This document shows positions 37,761 to 51,385 of a stretch of 64,000 bases of DNA, one piece after another. The DNA comes from Trichoplax adhaerens. Its lineage: Eukaryota > Animalia > Placozoa. The notes under the pieces were generated by a model. The model worked only from the letters and a program-made list of their open reading frames with translations, had not been told where the DNA came from and did no database searches. The stretch lies in the NCBI RefSeq assembly GCF_000150275.1, contig NW_002060944.1, positions 8,074,735-8,138,734 on the forward strand, read 5' to 3'. A program made the translations under genes and the position numbers. Every line of letters starts with the position of its first letter. The stretch's first letter is position 1.

Positions 37761-40700
37761 ATAACTGAAATTGACGACTCTAATCTATCCAGTTTATTTG
37801 CTCTTACTTTATTTACTCGATGTAATTTAAATTAACAATATGATTAAATCAAGTTATTCCACTCAACAAAGTTTCAAAGGTTTAAGAGTATCATTAGAGA
37901 ATTCGTGGTATTCTTATTCCGATGATTTATTTAGTTTATTCATTTTGTTCTCTAGTGGATATAATTTTATATACATAATTTTTTTCGACAATATTTGATC
38001 CTAAAAATACTATGTAGACTATTTCTTTAAGTAGTTTACAGCCCATCAAGTTAGGATAATGCTAGCAATAAGTCTGAATAAGTTTATTCTAACGCTCAGT
38101 GTTTATGTCCTGATATCATTAAAATTGATCACAACTGAGCTAAAGTAGATTACAGCTGTTTGACAAGCGGTTGAATTCTAGTCTTTTTTGCTACTCCTAC
38201 ATGTGAGGAATGGCAAACTTTTGATAAGGCTATGTTAAATACTATAATTTGTAAACAATATTGTTAATAACAATTAATCATCTCCAATATTCATATCTTG
38301 ATGATCTAGAAGAATATAATTAAAATCGATTTGCAGAATAATGATGTTTACTTAGCTTTTGAAATTTACTTTATTTCTATCTTAACCTACTGTAATGTAA
38401 CTTAGTATTATGATTGTAGACTGTTAGCCATGTGTAGTATAATGTACGGTAGATATTTATCCTAAGAGATATTTGGTAGCTGTAACTATAGACTGTAGTG
38501 ATAGAGACTCTATGCTAGAGTACAGATGACTATATACAGTAAGCTGTTGAGTTACTAATATGGCTATAGATAAAAATAGAACTGTAAATCATATATTAGG
38601 ATATGGTTAATTCATTGTACTTTGGCTGGTGTGAATAATGTCTACGTAAGTACTGTAGTCGTATCCATATTGGATTAATAATGGTCCGCAGTAGAATAGT
38701 CTTACTAAGAATAATTTAACTATGTGTAAAATAAGGTAAAAGGTTGCCATGCGGATTGTAGCTGCGAATGCTACGGAAAGTATAAAAGCATGCAACTTTA
38801 GATTATTCTGTTAGTTCGTTCTAGAAGTCTTTAGTAGTAGTATTCGGCTAGAGTAGAGCTGTGTAGTTAATCTTTGTATAAGATTGAATAAAGCCCTTAT
38901 TTTTCTAAAATTTGGAATTTCGTGATTGGTATATATCACACCTACCTTAGAGTAAATTAGATACTACATTTTAAAAGACATCCATCTGCAAGTATTGATA
39001 TATCAGACGGCATAGAATAATGATGCTTTTAAAAACTGATCTACCATGAAACATCTACCATGAAACATTATGTTTATATATCTTCTATTATACAATCTAA
39101 TCCATGTTCGAGAAAGTATATTGTTAATAAAATCATTAGCTTCATTTATATCTTAATAATCTAGAATGGTAGACTAGATACAATAATTTAGAAGCCAATC
39201 ATCTCCAATATTCATATCTCAATAGCATAGAATGAGACTATATTATAAAACCGATCTACCATTAGTAACTGTGTTTATATAATTTCTATCGTAAAAGTGA
39301 TCATTGTCCCCATTCATATCTCAATAATTTAGAATAATCATTACTGTAACTGATCTGCAGCAAAAAATTAAACTAGATTGACTCCTACAGTTAGATATAT
39401 GTAAACTGTATCTGTCTTGATCTATTTTAACGCAGCCTAGACAGCAAATCTTCTCTATGATACTCAATTAATTTAGTATGCTAATTATTACGATAAACTA
39501 CCCTAGTTGGTAATGGGTAAATTTAGCCTCATATCTCTATAGTTAGACTCCATAATAAAATAAGCAGATCTTCAAAATCATCCTTAACTAATCTAGTATG
39601 CTAATTATTGGAATAAACTATTCGGTAATGGGTAAATTTATACTCATATCTCAATAATCTAGCTTGGTCATGACTATGGTTGATAGACACTATGGCAAAA
39701 CATGTAAACCTTTTCTATCATCCTTAATTAATCTAGTGTGCCAATTATATAGTATTTTCCAGTATCGTTACGCTAATCATCTTCTATGATATCATTTTAC
39801 TATTCTACAATTAACCATACTCTAGAGTAGGTTACCATAATATTATTTGAGCAGCTTCTGCCACATTAGTAGATATGCCTTGTCATAGATTACTATAAGT
39901 CCGTGGCCTAGTCTACAAATCTTTCTCTGATGTTCTTACCTATCTTACGTGGTATTTTCTTACAATGATTGAATTAATCACACTATACAGCCTATACCCG
40001 CTATAATAATGTATCATAATAACGTTTAAGCAGCTTTAGTCATTTTTAATTTGTCTACATGACTCGTCTGCATAAACATCATTCTGCGATGCCCCTATCC
40101 GATTCATCTTCATGATTCTTATTGCAAATATTGAATAAGTGACGAATTCTCTCATATATTATAACAGAATTGAAACAGCCTCTCTCATTATCTTTATCAT
40201 CACCTTGAGCAATATCTTGTTGATAATATCATATTTATTAAATTGTTTCTAACTTATTATCTAGCTTTATTTTATTCTTCATATACTCGCATAGAGATCA
40301 AATAGATCAAAAAGATCAAAATCAAAAATAAGACGTTTTGATCCGTCTCTGCTGCCTTCTATCTTGACTTGATCTATTTTAAACTACCAATACTTTCATT
40401 TTATACGAGTGTCTTAAAGCAGCTTCTCTCATTATCTCAATCATCTTTAGTAATGTCTTTAAATATCATATTTATTAAATTGCTATTAACTTACTATCTA
40501 GTTTATTTTATTCGTTTCGTATACAGATCAAAAACATCAGAATCAAAGGTAATGACACACTTCAGTCTATCGCAGCCACCTTATAACCTGGCTCGATCTA
40601 TTTTAAGCTATTCATATTCTCAATTGACACTAGCATGCTATTAAGCATAAATGTGTGCACCAATAGCTGCGACGTTAAGAAAGCGCCGACAAGATGTTAG

Positions 40701-41622
40701 AACAAACTATCCATTCTTGTCTTCATTCTTTCATTAGAATCTATTTTATCTAAGCCTGCAGTCTTTTCATCTAGACCTGATCCCTTTCTAATCGTTTCTA
40801 TTTTTAATTTACTTTAGTTTACTATTAGCTAAACATCTATACAGTGAATAAACTGTTGCGATGTACATCACGATGCTGACAAACTATGAAAATATTCTAT
40901 CTCTTTTTTCGGATCGATACTAGTACCATGGAAGATCAAAGTCGACGATAGCGATATGCTTTCCAAAGATGTAACGGGCATATTGTTTCCATCGTAATTA
41001 TAAATATCAGTCTTTGTTGTCAAATAAATCATAGAAACTGTTTACTATTATAAAGTAAATTCTATACTATAGTTTGGAAACACAATGAATCAGTATTTCA
41101 ACTGTTTGATCCTTTTCTAGCTCCAGACACCCCAGTTAGAATTTAATCAATGAAAGCTACTATTAATTATTAATCTTATAAGGCAGTACTAATAGAGTTT
41201 TAAAGGTAATAATAATAATTATTATCATGGCTGAGTTTGATGCACAGTAGTGTACCTTGAGATGGACTCATAAGAGCTTGAATATACTAAGTTGCTACAT
41301 AGAATATGGTTATCCATCCTGGATGCTCAACAAAATATAGTTATAAATTCATCCTAAGTTGATTTTTGATCTGCTAACTACTTTACCTTGCTGTATCGAG
41401 TATACAAGATAAACCATATTCTTCTCGTTAGAATTTGAATTATTTATCCCCAAAAATAGACCCTAATGATATTATTCTATCGATAAATAGATATGATACG
41501 TTTATTTGTAATAAAAGTAATCGAGTGATAGTTTTAATATTTGTCAATAAGTAATAGCATCCGACTAAATCGATAAAGCTACGCTTTGATATTTTAAACT
41601 TGAACAATTCTAATCAATCTTA

Positions 41623-43210
41623 ATGGCTATATTAAATCATCCATCCAATCAAGTTTATCCGCAACGACGGCATCGACGCCAAACTTGGCCATCTACCAAA
41701 CGTCAATCTCGTAAAAATATTCGCGGCAATCAAGGTCGATGCCAACTATTCAAACAACGACGACAATTATTGCTTGACTTCAGCCGGCAAACTCTATCCA
41801 CCCTCTCAATAGATAATTATTCGTCTCAGAGTTTCTCTCGATCTATATTAAATGCTATTAAAGCGTTAACACAAATCATCAAGGAGTGGCTGATCTTATT
41901 GGTTCGCTTTATGTGGAATGTAATTTGCCTTAACTATGCTGAAATTGCCGAACAAGCAGATTTTGACGATAACACTAATTTTAGCAGTATTTTATCTAGG
42001 AGAATGAAACAAGTTACCTATAAAAATTATCGACTTAACTTAGGAGATGATCTCTATGGTAATATTATTCGATTACCATTCAGCTATATGTTTATACTTA
42101 TTGGTACGATCTATCTTAGTATTAGCATTGCCTTTGCTACAACTTATATCCTAGCTGATGTTGTCGATCTTGAATTAGCTTATTCTCCTTGGTACTGGCT
42201 AGTTTATAGTTTATCTGTAACGACATGTTTAAGCTCGGAAGGTTTAGATATTAGTCGTGTCCATATCGGTATACTCTTGATCGCTAATTTACAAGCTTTT
42301 ATAGCTCAGTTGTTATTGGCATTTGTCACCGGCATCGTTTTTGCTCGATTCTCACGACCTTCTCGTCTAATTCAATTCTCTGATAAGTTAACTATTAATT
42401 CAATCGATGGTACTGATTATATTCAAGGAAGGTTAACAACAATTCGACCCCGACTTATTGTCAGCGACTGCCAGATAAAATTGTTTATCGTACGGCCCTA
42501 TGAGACTAAAGAAGGAGAAAATGGTGTCCGAACTACGTAAGAATTCTAGCAATTAGATGATATTGAAGACGTGAACGAAACATTTTCCATCGAAAGCTTT
42601 CTCATTTATAATAGTTAAGGCCCAAAAATAAATAAAGCGCTCATAACCTCATCTAAGTAGATTGGAATGTTCTTCTATAATGATTTAGCTTAAAACCATG
42701 TTCTTTCATTTCATAAAATAACTTGTGCTCCATTTAATCCGATACTTTCATTTGTAATGTTTTCAACTTTTAGGGAACTCGCTTTAGTCAATAATGCTTT
42801 TCCTACAATGGATTTCATGATCAAATTTTCACATCAATTAAACGATGAAAGTTTACTTCGAAAAGCAATAGAGACTCCAGATGAAGATTTGATCCTATTG
42901 GCCTACTTTACTGGCACGAATGCTTGTTCTTACAATACTATGTATGAATTAAAACGTTATTCTCGCGAAAATATCTTTAGGTAAGTCGTAAAATAAAAGT
43001 GTATGAATGATTACTTTATTAGCACAGACTGATAGTTTAACGAAGAGCTACCTTAACTAAAAGTGCTATCTGCAATCGTTTTTATCTTGGACTAGACACC
43101 ATCAATTTGTGGACATGATCTCTATAGACAAAGCTGAAGAAGGTGTCGAAAAATTTATAGTCGATTTCGCCAAATTAAATCAGCTTATTCCATTTGATCA
43201 AACTAAATGA
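41623..43210 (+). CDS. Kir-fold channel-like protein, copy 5 (411 aa), filter TCLSSE; exons 41623-42536, 42774-42980, 43096-43210
   Basis: Paralogous motifs (TGIVFARFSRP, KEGE, HQLNDESLL, HHQFVDM, VDFAKL) and intron positions; intact spliced ORF. Confidence 0.9.
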
Positions 43211-45371
43211 GAGAAATCAATACTAGAATAAATCGTAAAAACTATAGAGATTTGAGCTTACCCACAGTATGTGGTTCAAAGTGGTTTAGCAAGAATAGTT
43301 CAAATTGCATGAAAATGTCCACCAATGTTTAGGTTTGTTGCGTTTGAACGAAACAATTAGTCTTGCCTAAGAAATCAAAATAACTATGGCAATTTGAGCT
43401 TATTCATAGAACCGTATGCAGCTCCCAGTAATTAATTTGCTATTTAAGTAATATTCTGGGGAATATGATACCTGATGCATAAAATTAGACAAGACTTTTA
43501 CGCTATGGCTGATTGTTAGGGCGGAGTGAAGCAACGACTCTAATTCAAGAGTATCTGACAATCATCTTTACTGATAGCAAACTAGAATTCTATTTGATTT
43601 AATCCATGCCGCGAGATAGCAAATGATTAAGGACAACGAAGCCGTAAAACTTGCTTTACCGAGATTATTTACCAATAGAGATCGTAAGCGAGAAAGTAAA
43701 TTTCAGGAAGTATTGGCAATGGCAAAGTAGAATCAAATTTGAACATATTTATAAATTCATAGATTTATTATACGAATATCTACGCAATCGAGATAAAATC
43801 GTAAATTAAAATTAAAATAAGATGTCATGTAAAAGTATCTTATTTAATTAGCAGCTATGATGGTGATAGCATTAAACAGAAATTATATTAACAATTTAAA
43901 TTATATCACAGCATATGTTTACTTGATTTAACAAATTGAAGTATTTTTCGTACCTGAATAAATATTGGCAACATTCGGACTACTGAACCAATGTTGTTAA
44001 AATGAATCATTTAATATATCTGGATATACACATACAGTGGTCAATTTAGATTATCTGCGTATATCTAGACGGAAGAATCGGTTTATTGCGTAAAATAATT
44101 GCTTTATAAGGGCTAAATAACGGCAGCAAACTCAACAATAAATAGGATTTTCACTTCATAAGACTGAAGACTAATAATCTTTATTGATTGCAGTGATATC
44201 TTTAAAGTGGGTAGTCAAAACTAATACAGTTATTATACATTCATACTAGCCAATTTAATTTAATTTTTATCAACAGATCAGTTATAATAATATAATAAGG
44301 GTTTTAGATTATTAAGATATGAGTAAAGACAGTGATTGCTTTTACGCTACAGTATCAGACCATGAATTAGATTGTACAATAGAAGCTATATAAACACTAT
44401 TACTCATAGGAGATCAGTTTTGGAAAAGTATGATCATTCTAGGTTACTGAGGTATGTGTATTTAGAGACAATTGCCTTCCATAATTATCGATATACTGCC
44501 TCATTAGGTATTCAATATTTTCTTTCTTCTATGTGGTAAATAGAATTTTGTTAACCGACAAATACTGCGCAGGACTTAGTGATGGGTAACAGATAATACT
44601 TTAATTCACAATTAGTCTTGCAGTATATTAGCATTATGAACTTTAATTGGCTCTAATACTACAGTATCTTAACGTAAAACAATTTATAGTGATGAATTAA
44701 AGTAACCTCCAATTTTCTTCCGATATATAAATATTAGTTAGTCTTTAAACGAATCGGAACAGTAAGCTTTTTCAACATAGCATCTGTTTTCATTTATAAT
44801 AAATTTTACCAATATGATTATATGATATTCTTGTGATAAAGATATACCGGACATATTTCTGGATCTTCTCCTTCTATCTCGAACTATTATCAAAATTAGT
44901 CCTTCCTGACAACTATAAACTTCTCCCTTAAGTTTCATGGCAGAAATGATATAGACTCCTTACGCATAAACGATAAAATGACAGACTTTCTATTATTATA
45001 AAAGTAACTCGCTTTATACATTCTATTTATATTCGTGAATAGCTAAAAATTAATACTAGTAAACGATATAGGCTTTCGTCTATTCTTAGACCTAAATTTG
45101 TATCACTTTATATTCTACTTTAAAATACGTTAGAGCGCGTATATAATACGAGACAGTGATGATTAGAATACGATCTGATCTTGGAGCTCTCTTAAAAATT
45201 AGGTAACTAACTAATTCACTCGATCTTGCTAGAAAAAATGAATTAATTTTACAATCCATAATCCTAACGACAAGCTCTTTAATGTGTTTTACTTTACGGT
45301 GGTCTTTAACACCGTAATACTCGTCTACATATATATCATACTCCGATATTCTTATCATATTTATCTTTCAT

Positions 45372-45688
45372 TGTGATTTCTTCAACACTAAATCAAGAAC
45401 TACAGTTTCTTGTAAATTTCACTCTACATGTAATTACATAAGTTTGGTTAGTCTAACCTCTACCAAGGACTATCTGACTATCTTAATTATTACAACAAAA
45501 TTCACGGTTTATACTCATATACATTAAGTCATAGAATACGTTTCAGCTACATAATCATATCTTGCCAATTAAGAATCAAGATCAGATCTAAATTTACCAT
45601 CGCGCGATCTATTCATAATTCGTACAGTTTAAACTATTCTCATACAACCTTGGATCGTAATCTAAGCTATATTTGGGGCCGCATTACA
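45372..45688 (-). mobile_element. Second, internally deleted copy of the LTR at 22462-22943
   Basis: Shares aaatcaagaactacagtttcttg, taccaaggactatctgactatct, caagatcagatctaaattt and taatctaagctatatttggggc.gca.taca with the first copy. TG...CA ends are present but no TSD is visible. Confidence 0.75.
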
Positions 45689-46844
45689 GCTATTACCTTA
45701 TTATCTGGTTTCATTTCATTCTTTTGCACACGGTATAGAGATTAAACGTATCAAAGTCAATAATAATGATACGCTTTTGTCCATTTCTGCTATCATATAC
45801 CCTGGTTTAATCTATTTTAAACTATCAATACTTTCAATTGATACTATTATATCGTTAGACATAAATGCTTCCACCAAAAGCTGCCACGTTAAGAAAGTCC
45901 TGACAAGATATTATGATAAAATATCTATTTTCGTCATCATTTCTTCATAATGACCCATTTTATCTATACCTATAGTCTTTTATCTAGACGTGATCTTTTT
46001 CCAATCGTTTTTACTTTTAATTTACATTGGTATATCATTGAGGATCTATACAGTGAATAAAATGTTGCGATGTAAAGCATGATGCTGATAAACTATTAGA
46101 ATAATGTATCTCTTTTTGGATCGATACTGGTAAAGTGGATGATCAAAGTAAGGATATGGATATACTTTCCAATGATGTTACGGGCATATTATTTTCATCG
46201 TAATTGTAGATGTCAGTCTTTGTTGTCAATTAAAATCATGGAAACTGTCTAACATAATAAAAACAACTCTGTACAAAAGTTTTGAAACACAATGAATCAG
46301 CATTTTGACTGTTTGGCCGTTTTCTAGCTCAAGATACCCCAGTTAGAATTTAACTCTATATCAATAAAAGTTACTATTAATTATTAATCTTACAGGAGAG
46401 TACTAATAGAGCTGTAAGAGTAATAAAAATAATCATTATCATTGCTGAATTCGGCGTATGGTAGTATACCTGGGAGATAGACTCATAAAGCTAAAATGTT
46501 CCAAGTTGCTACATGGACTAATATCCATCCTTGATGCCAAACACGTATTCTGTTATATAAGTATTCATCCTAAGTTGATTTTTGATCTGTAAACTACTTT
46601 ACCTTGCTATAAAATTAAATGTAGAAAATAAACTATATATTCTTTTGGTTAGAATTTAAACGAATTATTCAAGAAATAGACTCTAATGATATCATTCCGT
46701 CGATAGAAAAGATACGCAACTTCCATTTCGCAATAAAAGCAATTAAAAGATCATTTTATACCTGTTAGTAAATAAATAGCGTTAAGGAAAATCGATAAAG
46801 TCACGCTTTGATATTTTAAACTTGAACAATTCTAATCAATCTTA

Positions 46845-48444
46845 ATGGCTATATTAAATCATCCATCCAATCAAGTTTATCCGCAACGACGGCATCGACG
46901 CCAAACTTGGCCATCTACCAAACTTCAATCTCGTAAAAATATTCACGGCAATCAAGGTCGATGCCAACTATTCAAACAACGACGACAATTATTGCGTAAT
47001 TTTAGACGGCAAGTTGTAACCACCCTCTGCAAAAATAATTATTCGCCCCAGAGTTTCTCTCGATCTATATTAAATGCTATTAAAGCATTAGCGCATATCA
47101 TCAAGGAGTGGCTGATCTTATTGGTTCGCTTTATGTGGAATGTAATTTGCCTTAACTATGCTGAAATTGCCGAACAAGCAGATTATGGCGATAAAACCAA
47201 TATAAGCAGTATTTTATCTAGGAGAATGAAACAAGTTACCTATAAAAATTATCGACTTAACTTAGGAGATGATCTCTATGGTAATATTATTCGATTACCA
47301 TTCAGCTATATGTTTATAGTTATTAGTACGATCTATCTAGGTGTTAGCGTTGTCTTTGCTATAACTTATTTCCTAGCTGATGTTGTCGATCTTGAATTAG
47401 CTTATTCTCCTTGGTACTGGCTAGTTTATAGTTTATCTGTAACGACATGTTTAAGCTCGGAAGGTTTAGATATTAGTCGTGTCCATATCGGTATACTCTT
47501 GATCGCTAATTTACAAGCTTTTATAGCTCAGTTGTTATTGGCATTTGTCACCGGCATCGTTTTTGCTCGATTCTCACGACCTTCTCGCCTAATTCAATTC
47601 TCTGAAAAGTTAATTATTAATTCAATCGATGGTACTGATTATATTCAAGGAAGGTTAACAACAATTCGACCCCGACTTATTGTTAGCGACTGCCAGATAA
47701 AATTGTTTATCGTACGGCCCTATCAGACTAGAGAAGGAGAAAATGGTGTCCGAACTACGTAAGAACTCTAGTTTTAGGTTATGTTGATGTCATAAACGAA
47801 TCCCTTTCTCTTGAAAGCTTTCTTGTTCACCATAATAAAGATTATAAAATAAATTAAGCGCTTATAACCTCATCTAGACAGATTAAAAAATTTTCCTCTA
47901 CAATGATCTAGCTCGAAATTGCTTTCCTTACATTTTATAAATGGATTATGTTTCATTTAATTCGACATTTTCGCTTTTCAATTTTTAGAGAACTCCCATT
48001 AACAAATAGTATATTACCTACATTGGATATCATGATCAAATTTTCACATCAATTAAATGATGAAAGTTTGCTTCGACAAGGATTAGAGACTCCAAATGAG
48101 GATTTTTTCCTATTGGCCTACTTTACTGGCACGGATGCTTGTTCTTACAATACCATGTATGAATTAAGGCATTATCGACGCGAAGATATCAAAAGGTAAG
48201 TCGAGAAGTAAAATTCTATGAATTATTACTTTACTAGCGTTAGCTAATATGCAGATGGAGAGCTACCTTTACTGAAACAGTTATCTGTAATCATTTTACT
48301 TTTGATAGAAACCATCAATTTGTGAACATGGTCTCTCAGCTCGAAGCTGAAGATGATACTAAAAAATTGACAGTCGATTTCTTCAAATTAAATCAACTCG
48401 TTCCACTTGATCAAACTAAACAAGAGTTATCAAAACTGCAATAA
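46845..48444 (+). CDS. Kir-fold channel-like protein, copy 6 (418 aa), filter TCLSSE; exons 46845-47758, 47989-48195, 48309-48444
   Basis: Closest to copy 5 in exon 1; intact spliced ORF with conserved phase-2 introns. Confidence 0.9.
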
Positions 48445-50889
48445 GTCACAGCAACTATAGAAATCGAATTTTATAGTATGCAGTTCGAATGATTTAGCAA
48501 GAATGTTTCTCATTAACGTCATTAGCGATCTAAAAATAGCATAAAAAGGTCTAATAATATTAAAACTTGTTGGTTTAAATAAAAAAATTAATTAGTCTAA
48601 CTTAGGGAATCAAAACTACGATCAATCAAGACATCTATAGGAATTCGAGCTTATTCATTGTATACGAGCTTCTAATAGCTAATTTATCATTTAAGTAATA
48701 TTCTTGAAAATATGATATCCGATGTATAAAATTAGACAAGACGCTTTGCATTATGGCTGATTGCTAGGACAAAACGAAGAAATGACTCTAATTGAATGAT
48801 ATTAGAAGATTGTTTTACTGATGGCGAAGTAGGATTATATTTAATCCGTACCATAACTAATGATTCTGCGATAGTGAAGCTGTAAAACTTGCTTTCTTAA
48901 GATTATTTGCCAATAGAGATTGCAAGCGAGAAAGTAAATTAAGGGAAGTATTGGCGATGGCAAGCTACAACCAAAGTTTTCCACAGAATATTTATAGTTT
49001 TAGTATACTGTATGTTTTTCTATACAATCGAGATAAAATCATAAATTCAAAACGAAATTTCATGTCAATTGGAGCAACTCCTAGCACTTTCGTCTATATG
49101 CTGTCGTCTACATATGATATCGTTCTTCGATGCCTTTATCATTTTCATCTTCCATGAATTCATAATACACTTCTTGAATTAACAATTAATTACATATGTA
49201 TAATCATAATAACATTTAAGCAGCTTCTAGTGCAATAGTTTATTTGCTACATTTACATAATGTATCGTTTTCGATGTTCTTATCATCCACTAGCGTAGAT
49301 ACTTAAATGGTCTAGTATACAAGTTCAACGATCCTCATACGATCTTTCTAACTTAATCTTCGCTATATTTTCAGTAGAAGTGGCTGATAACATCGATACT
49401 ACCCGGGATAGTTCTGATGCTATCCATTAATCGATGTTAACCATAACATTCACTTATCATTCTCCATTACTGTGATGATTTCAGCTACTTGTAGTAGTGC
49501 AGTGGCTGGCTAAATTTTGGGGTTACGTAGGTGAACAAACAGTAATAGTAAGAGACTATTACTCGGTTATTACAAGTACCTTTACCTACGAGTATATGGC
49601 TTGTCTGTATATTTTATTAAGCAGTTGCTAGTACTTAAGTTTATATATCGTGTCTACAAATCATTCTTTAATACCTTTACGTTAATCATCTACGGTATTA
49701 TTTCGCATTTACCTACGAGCATACCTTGTCTAGATATATATTTAAGTGGCTTCTAGTACCTTCGTTTATATATCGTATCTCTACATATTATTCTCTAGTA
49801 CCGTTATCTTAAGACTTAATCATCTTCTGTTGATATCATTTTGCATTGACCAATTTGCCTTGTCTACATAGATTTCGTTCTCCGATACCACTATTCCTGT
49901 TCATCTTGCATGACTTAATATTGCAACTATTAAATAAATGATCTTATACAATATAATGGTATTCAAGCAGCATCTCTCAATATCTTAATCACCTTGAGCA
50001 ATATGAGCGTATCTTATTTATATCGTCATAGTGAAAACCGTGATTAACTTATTATCGAGTATTCTTTGCATATAGAGGACAAAAAGATCAAAATCAAAGA
50101 TACTAGCACCCTTTAGTCCTTTTTTGCAGTCTTCTATCCTGGCTTGATCTATTCTAGACTATTGATACTTTCCGCTTACGCTAGTATACCATTCGATATA
50201 AATATTCGTACGTCCACCAGTACCTGCAGCCTAAAGAAAGATAGAAAGAAGCCTCTATCTATCAAAAGAAAACCCTGGTAAACCAATAGAATAAACTATC
50301 TATTTTGGGTACCATTCTTTGATGATTGAATGATCTATTTTATCTATTTCTCTCGTCTTTTATCTAGTCTTGATCTTTATCAAATTGTTTCTACCTTCAA
50401 TTTACATTAGTATACCATTTGAGATCTCTACGGTGATTAAGAAGTTACGATGTAAAGCCCGGTGTAGATAACCAATTAAAATTCGTAAACTATCAGTTTC
50501 TTGCATATATACCAGCACTATGCAAGAATAATGATATACTTTCCAATGATGAGGATATTGTTTCTGTTACAATTGTAAACGTGAGTCTTTGTTCTAAAGT
50601 AAATTATAGAAACTCCTGACCAATATTACGCAACATATAGAATAGTTAGAAACACAATGAATCAGCATTACGATTATTTGATCTTCCTGCAACTTGTTAA
50701 GACACCCTAGCCGGGATTTACCTCTGTGTCAATACTAGCTACTATGAATTGATTAACATTGTAAAGTAGTATTAATAAAATTATAAAAGCAATAGGAGTT
50801 ATTATAATCATGACTGAGTTCAATGTATGGTAAGATACCTTATAGTATATTTATAATAGCTAGAATATTCCAAGTTGCTATATTAATTA

Positions 50890-51130
50890 TCATCATCCAC
50901 ACGTTATGCCAACTAAGTATACTGTTCTCTATTCATCCTAAGTTTGATCTTTAATCTGTTCTCTACTAGTCATCATCATCCACCCTTTATGCCAACCAAG
51001 CATACTGTTATATATTTTCATCCTAAGTTGATTTTGCATCTGTTCACTAGTAAGTCATCATCCTCCACCCATTATATCAACCTAGTTGACTGTCCTATAT
51101 TCATCTTAAGTTGATTTTGGATCAGTTTAC
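50890..51130. repeat. Local triplication of a ~80-bp upstream segment of Kir copy 7
   Basis: catc.tccac...ttat..caac..ag...actgt...tattcatc.taagtt.gat occurs three times here and once at the equivalent place upstream of copies 5 and 6. Confidence 0.75.
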
Positions 51131-51385
51131 TACTTTACCTTGCGGTATATTCATCAAGTATAGGTGATAAAACTATCATCTTCATGTTGAAATTTAAACG
51201 AATTATCCAAGAAATAGACTTTAGGAATATCATTCGATCGATTAAAAGTAATTTGGTAATAGACGCGATCGAAGGATAGTTCTTAGTCTTTGAATTATCA
51301 TTATCAACAAGTAAATAACATTAGAAGGTTTTATGGATTACGCTTTACCATTTTAAACTTGAACGATCCTAATCAATCTTCATTA

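Noticed and set aside
36171-51385. N-terminal extensions of copies 4 (36171-36221) and 7 (51290-51385) shown in the ORF track
   Set aside because: They begin at TTG. The ATGs at 36222 and 51386 match paralogue lengths.
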